Of a stretch of 27,270 nucleotides of DNA, positions 26,281 through 27,270 are shown one piece after another. Location: positions 1 to 27,270 of the IMG/VR virus record IMGVR_UViG_3300017766_001536; one strand, 5' to 3'. Source of the stretch: a virus (lineage: Duplodnaviria > Caudoviricetes). Within the stretch, counting starts at the first letter, position 1; each line of letters opens with the position of its first letter. A model generated the notes under the pieces. That model saw only the letters and a list, made by a program, of their open reading frames with translations, did not search any database and was not told where the DNA came from. A program made the position numbers and the translations under genes.

Positions 26281-26919
26281 TTATACGCCGACGATTTTCC
26301 GACCCTTGACCGCCTTGTTCAACGAAAAACCTAGCGTGATGAAGTGAGCCACGATCTTAGCGTGAAACACCGAATCGGTAATAAAACTTTCCGATTGATC
26401 AAGCCACTCTGAAAAACGATCGGTTTCGGTTTTTATCATTGGTGTCATATCTGGCGCAGGTAATGCCGTGGGATTAACGACTGGCTTTTCGGCGCGTTTC
26501 CTGCCCATGCCGTGCACTTCGCGTACTTGCTTGGCCGCTTCTCTCATTGCGTGTTTTGGCAATTCGACTGCTTTTCCTGCTGTTGTTTGCGTCTCTACTT
26601 TTTTGCCGTCAGTGCCGATTGTCTCAATACTTATCGGGCACTGTTCCGCAGCGTGCAGCGTTAGTGCGTCAACAAATAACGATTTGACATTGTGGCCTGC
26701 CGTTTTAAATTCTTCGGCATAGAGCGCGGTTACTTGTGCAATACGCGGAGCCATTGCCAATGTTGCATCTAATTGTTTTGCTGCTAATTTTGCAGCGTCT
26801 TTGCAGCAAGATAACATTGTGCTGGCCGCTTTGCCCGCGTCGAGAATCAATGTTGTCACTTCGGTTACTTTTGCCGCTGCTGGATTCACTGCTGGTACTG
26901 CTGTTGTCGAATTAGACAT
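26281..26919 (-). CDS. Hypothetical Ala/Thr/Lys-rich protein, monocistronic
   Basis: Start at MSNSTT (26919) after AAGGGG; has its own terminator. Confidence 0.8.
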   Translation of the reverse strand: MSNSTTAVPAVNPAAAKVTEVTTLILDAGKAASTMLSCCKDAAKLAAKQLDATLAMAPRIAQVTALYAEEFKTAGHNVKSLFVDALTLHAAEQCPISIETIGTDGKKVETQTTAGKAVELPKHAMREAAKQVREVHGMGRKRAEKPVVNPTALPAPDMTPMIKTETDRFSEWLDQSESFITDSVFHAKIVAHFITLGFSLNKAVKGRKIVGV

Positions 26920-27066
26920 GGAATTCCCCTTATTGAGTAAATGAGTCAAAAATGATAACTATGCAACAAAGTACGACAAATGAAACAATCGAAAAAACGA
27001 ACATGAGCCGTCCCCTTAGCAAGTCAGCAAGTGAGTTATGTGGCCGTTAACCTGTCCACGTAAATA

Positions 27067-27094
27067 ATTATACGCGCATCAAGAAAAAATGCAA
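27067..27094 (-). promoter_or_regulatory. Probable sigma70 promoter for the 26919 gene
   Basis: TTGCAT, 16 bp, TATAAT; a variant palindrome lies just upstream of the -35. Confidence 0.5.
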
Positions 27095-27209
27095 GTGATT
27101 AATCCCTGGGATTAATATTGTGATGATAGTAGTTAAGGCGATGCCATTAAATTAATTAGCTGCTTGGCAAGCCCGATGGACACGCTGGTCATGATAGTAG
27201 TGGGATGAC

Positions 27210-27257
27210 ACCCCCCTAGGGGGGTACCCGGCCCCCGACCCCCCACCCCCTCCCCCC
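27210..27257. other. C/G-tract element: palindrome ACCCCCCTAGGGGGGT and four C-runs (G4 motif on the minus strand)
   Basis: C5-GA-C6-A-C5-T-C6 at 27232-27257. Confidence 0.7.
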
Positions 27258-27270
27258 TCCTACATATCCG

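Noticed and set aside
586-26722. The many antisense or alternative-frame ORFs in the track (e.g. 586-1122, 13181-13924, 23405-23662, 24891-25211)
   Set aside because: They shadow well-supported genes, lack an RBS or recognisable motifs, or are displaced by better coupled ORFs.
17647-27114. Calling the array an integron
   Set aside because: No tyrosine recombinase in the window and no attC RYYYAAC/GTTRRRY ends; integrons are only an analogy.

Overview
Fragment of a tailed dsDNA phage genome, probably a podovirus-like phage of a Betaproteobacterium (host assignment is inference from small-gene families). The + strand (1-4667) carries the 3' part of a very large polyvalent/internal-virion protein (HExxH peptidase-like motif, ADP-ribosyltransferase-like domain) and two small basic genes. 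These converge on a long leftward block: HNH, primase-helicase (DUF927-type), SSB-like protein, SNF2 helicase, VRR-NUC, Cas4-like nuclease, family A DNA polymerase (Leu762 type), many small translationally coupled genes, three HTH regulators, and a DUF3150-like/MoxR-AAA/peptidase-VWA module. Two perfect sigma70 promoters drive the early genes. The most striking feature is a 16-bp palindrome, TAATCCCRTGGGATTA, with 9 exact and 3 variant copies. It marks gene boundaries across the early region and is usually paired with a second 11-bp box just upstream of the RBS, giving a cassette-like architecture. The right end holds an iteron- and hairpin-rich non-coding region (candidate origin), a self-contained gene flanked by 19-bp direct repeats, and a G-quadruplex-prone terminal tract. 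All family assignments are from motif recognition, not database searches.
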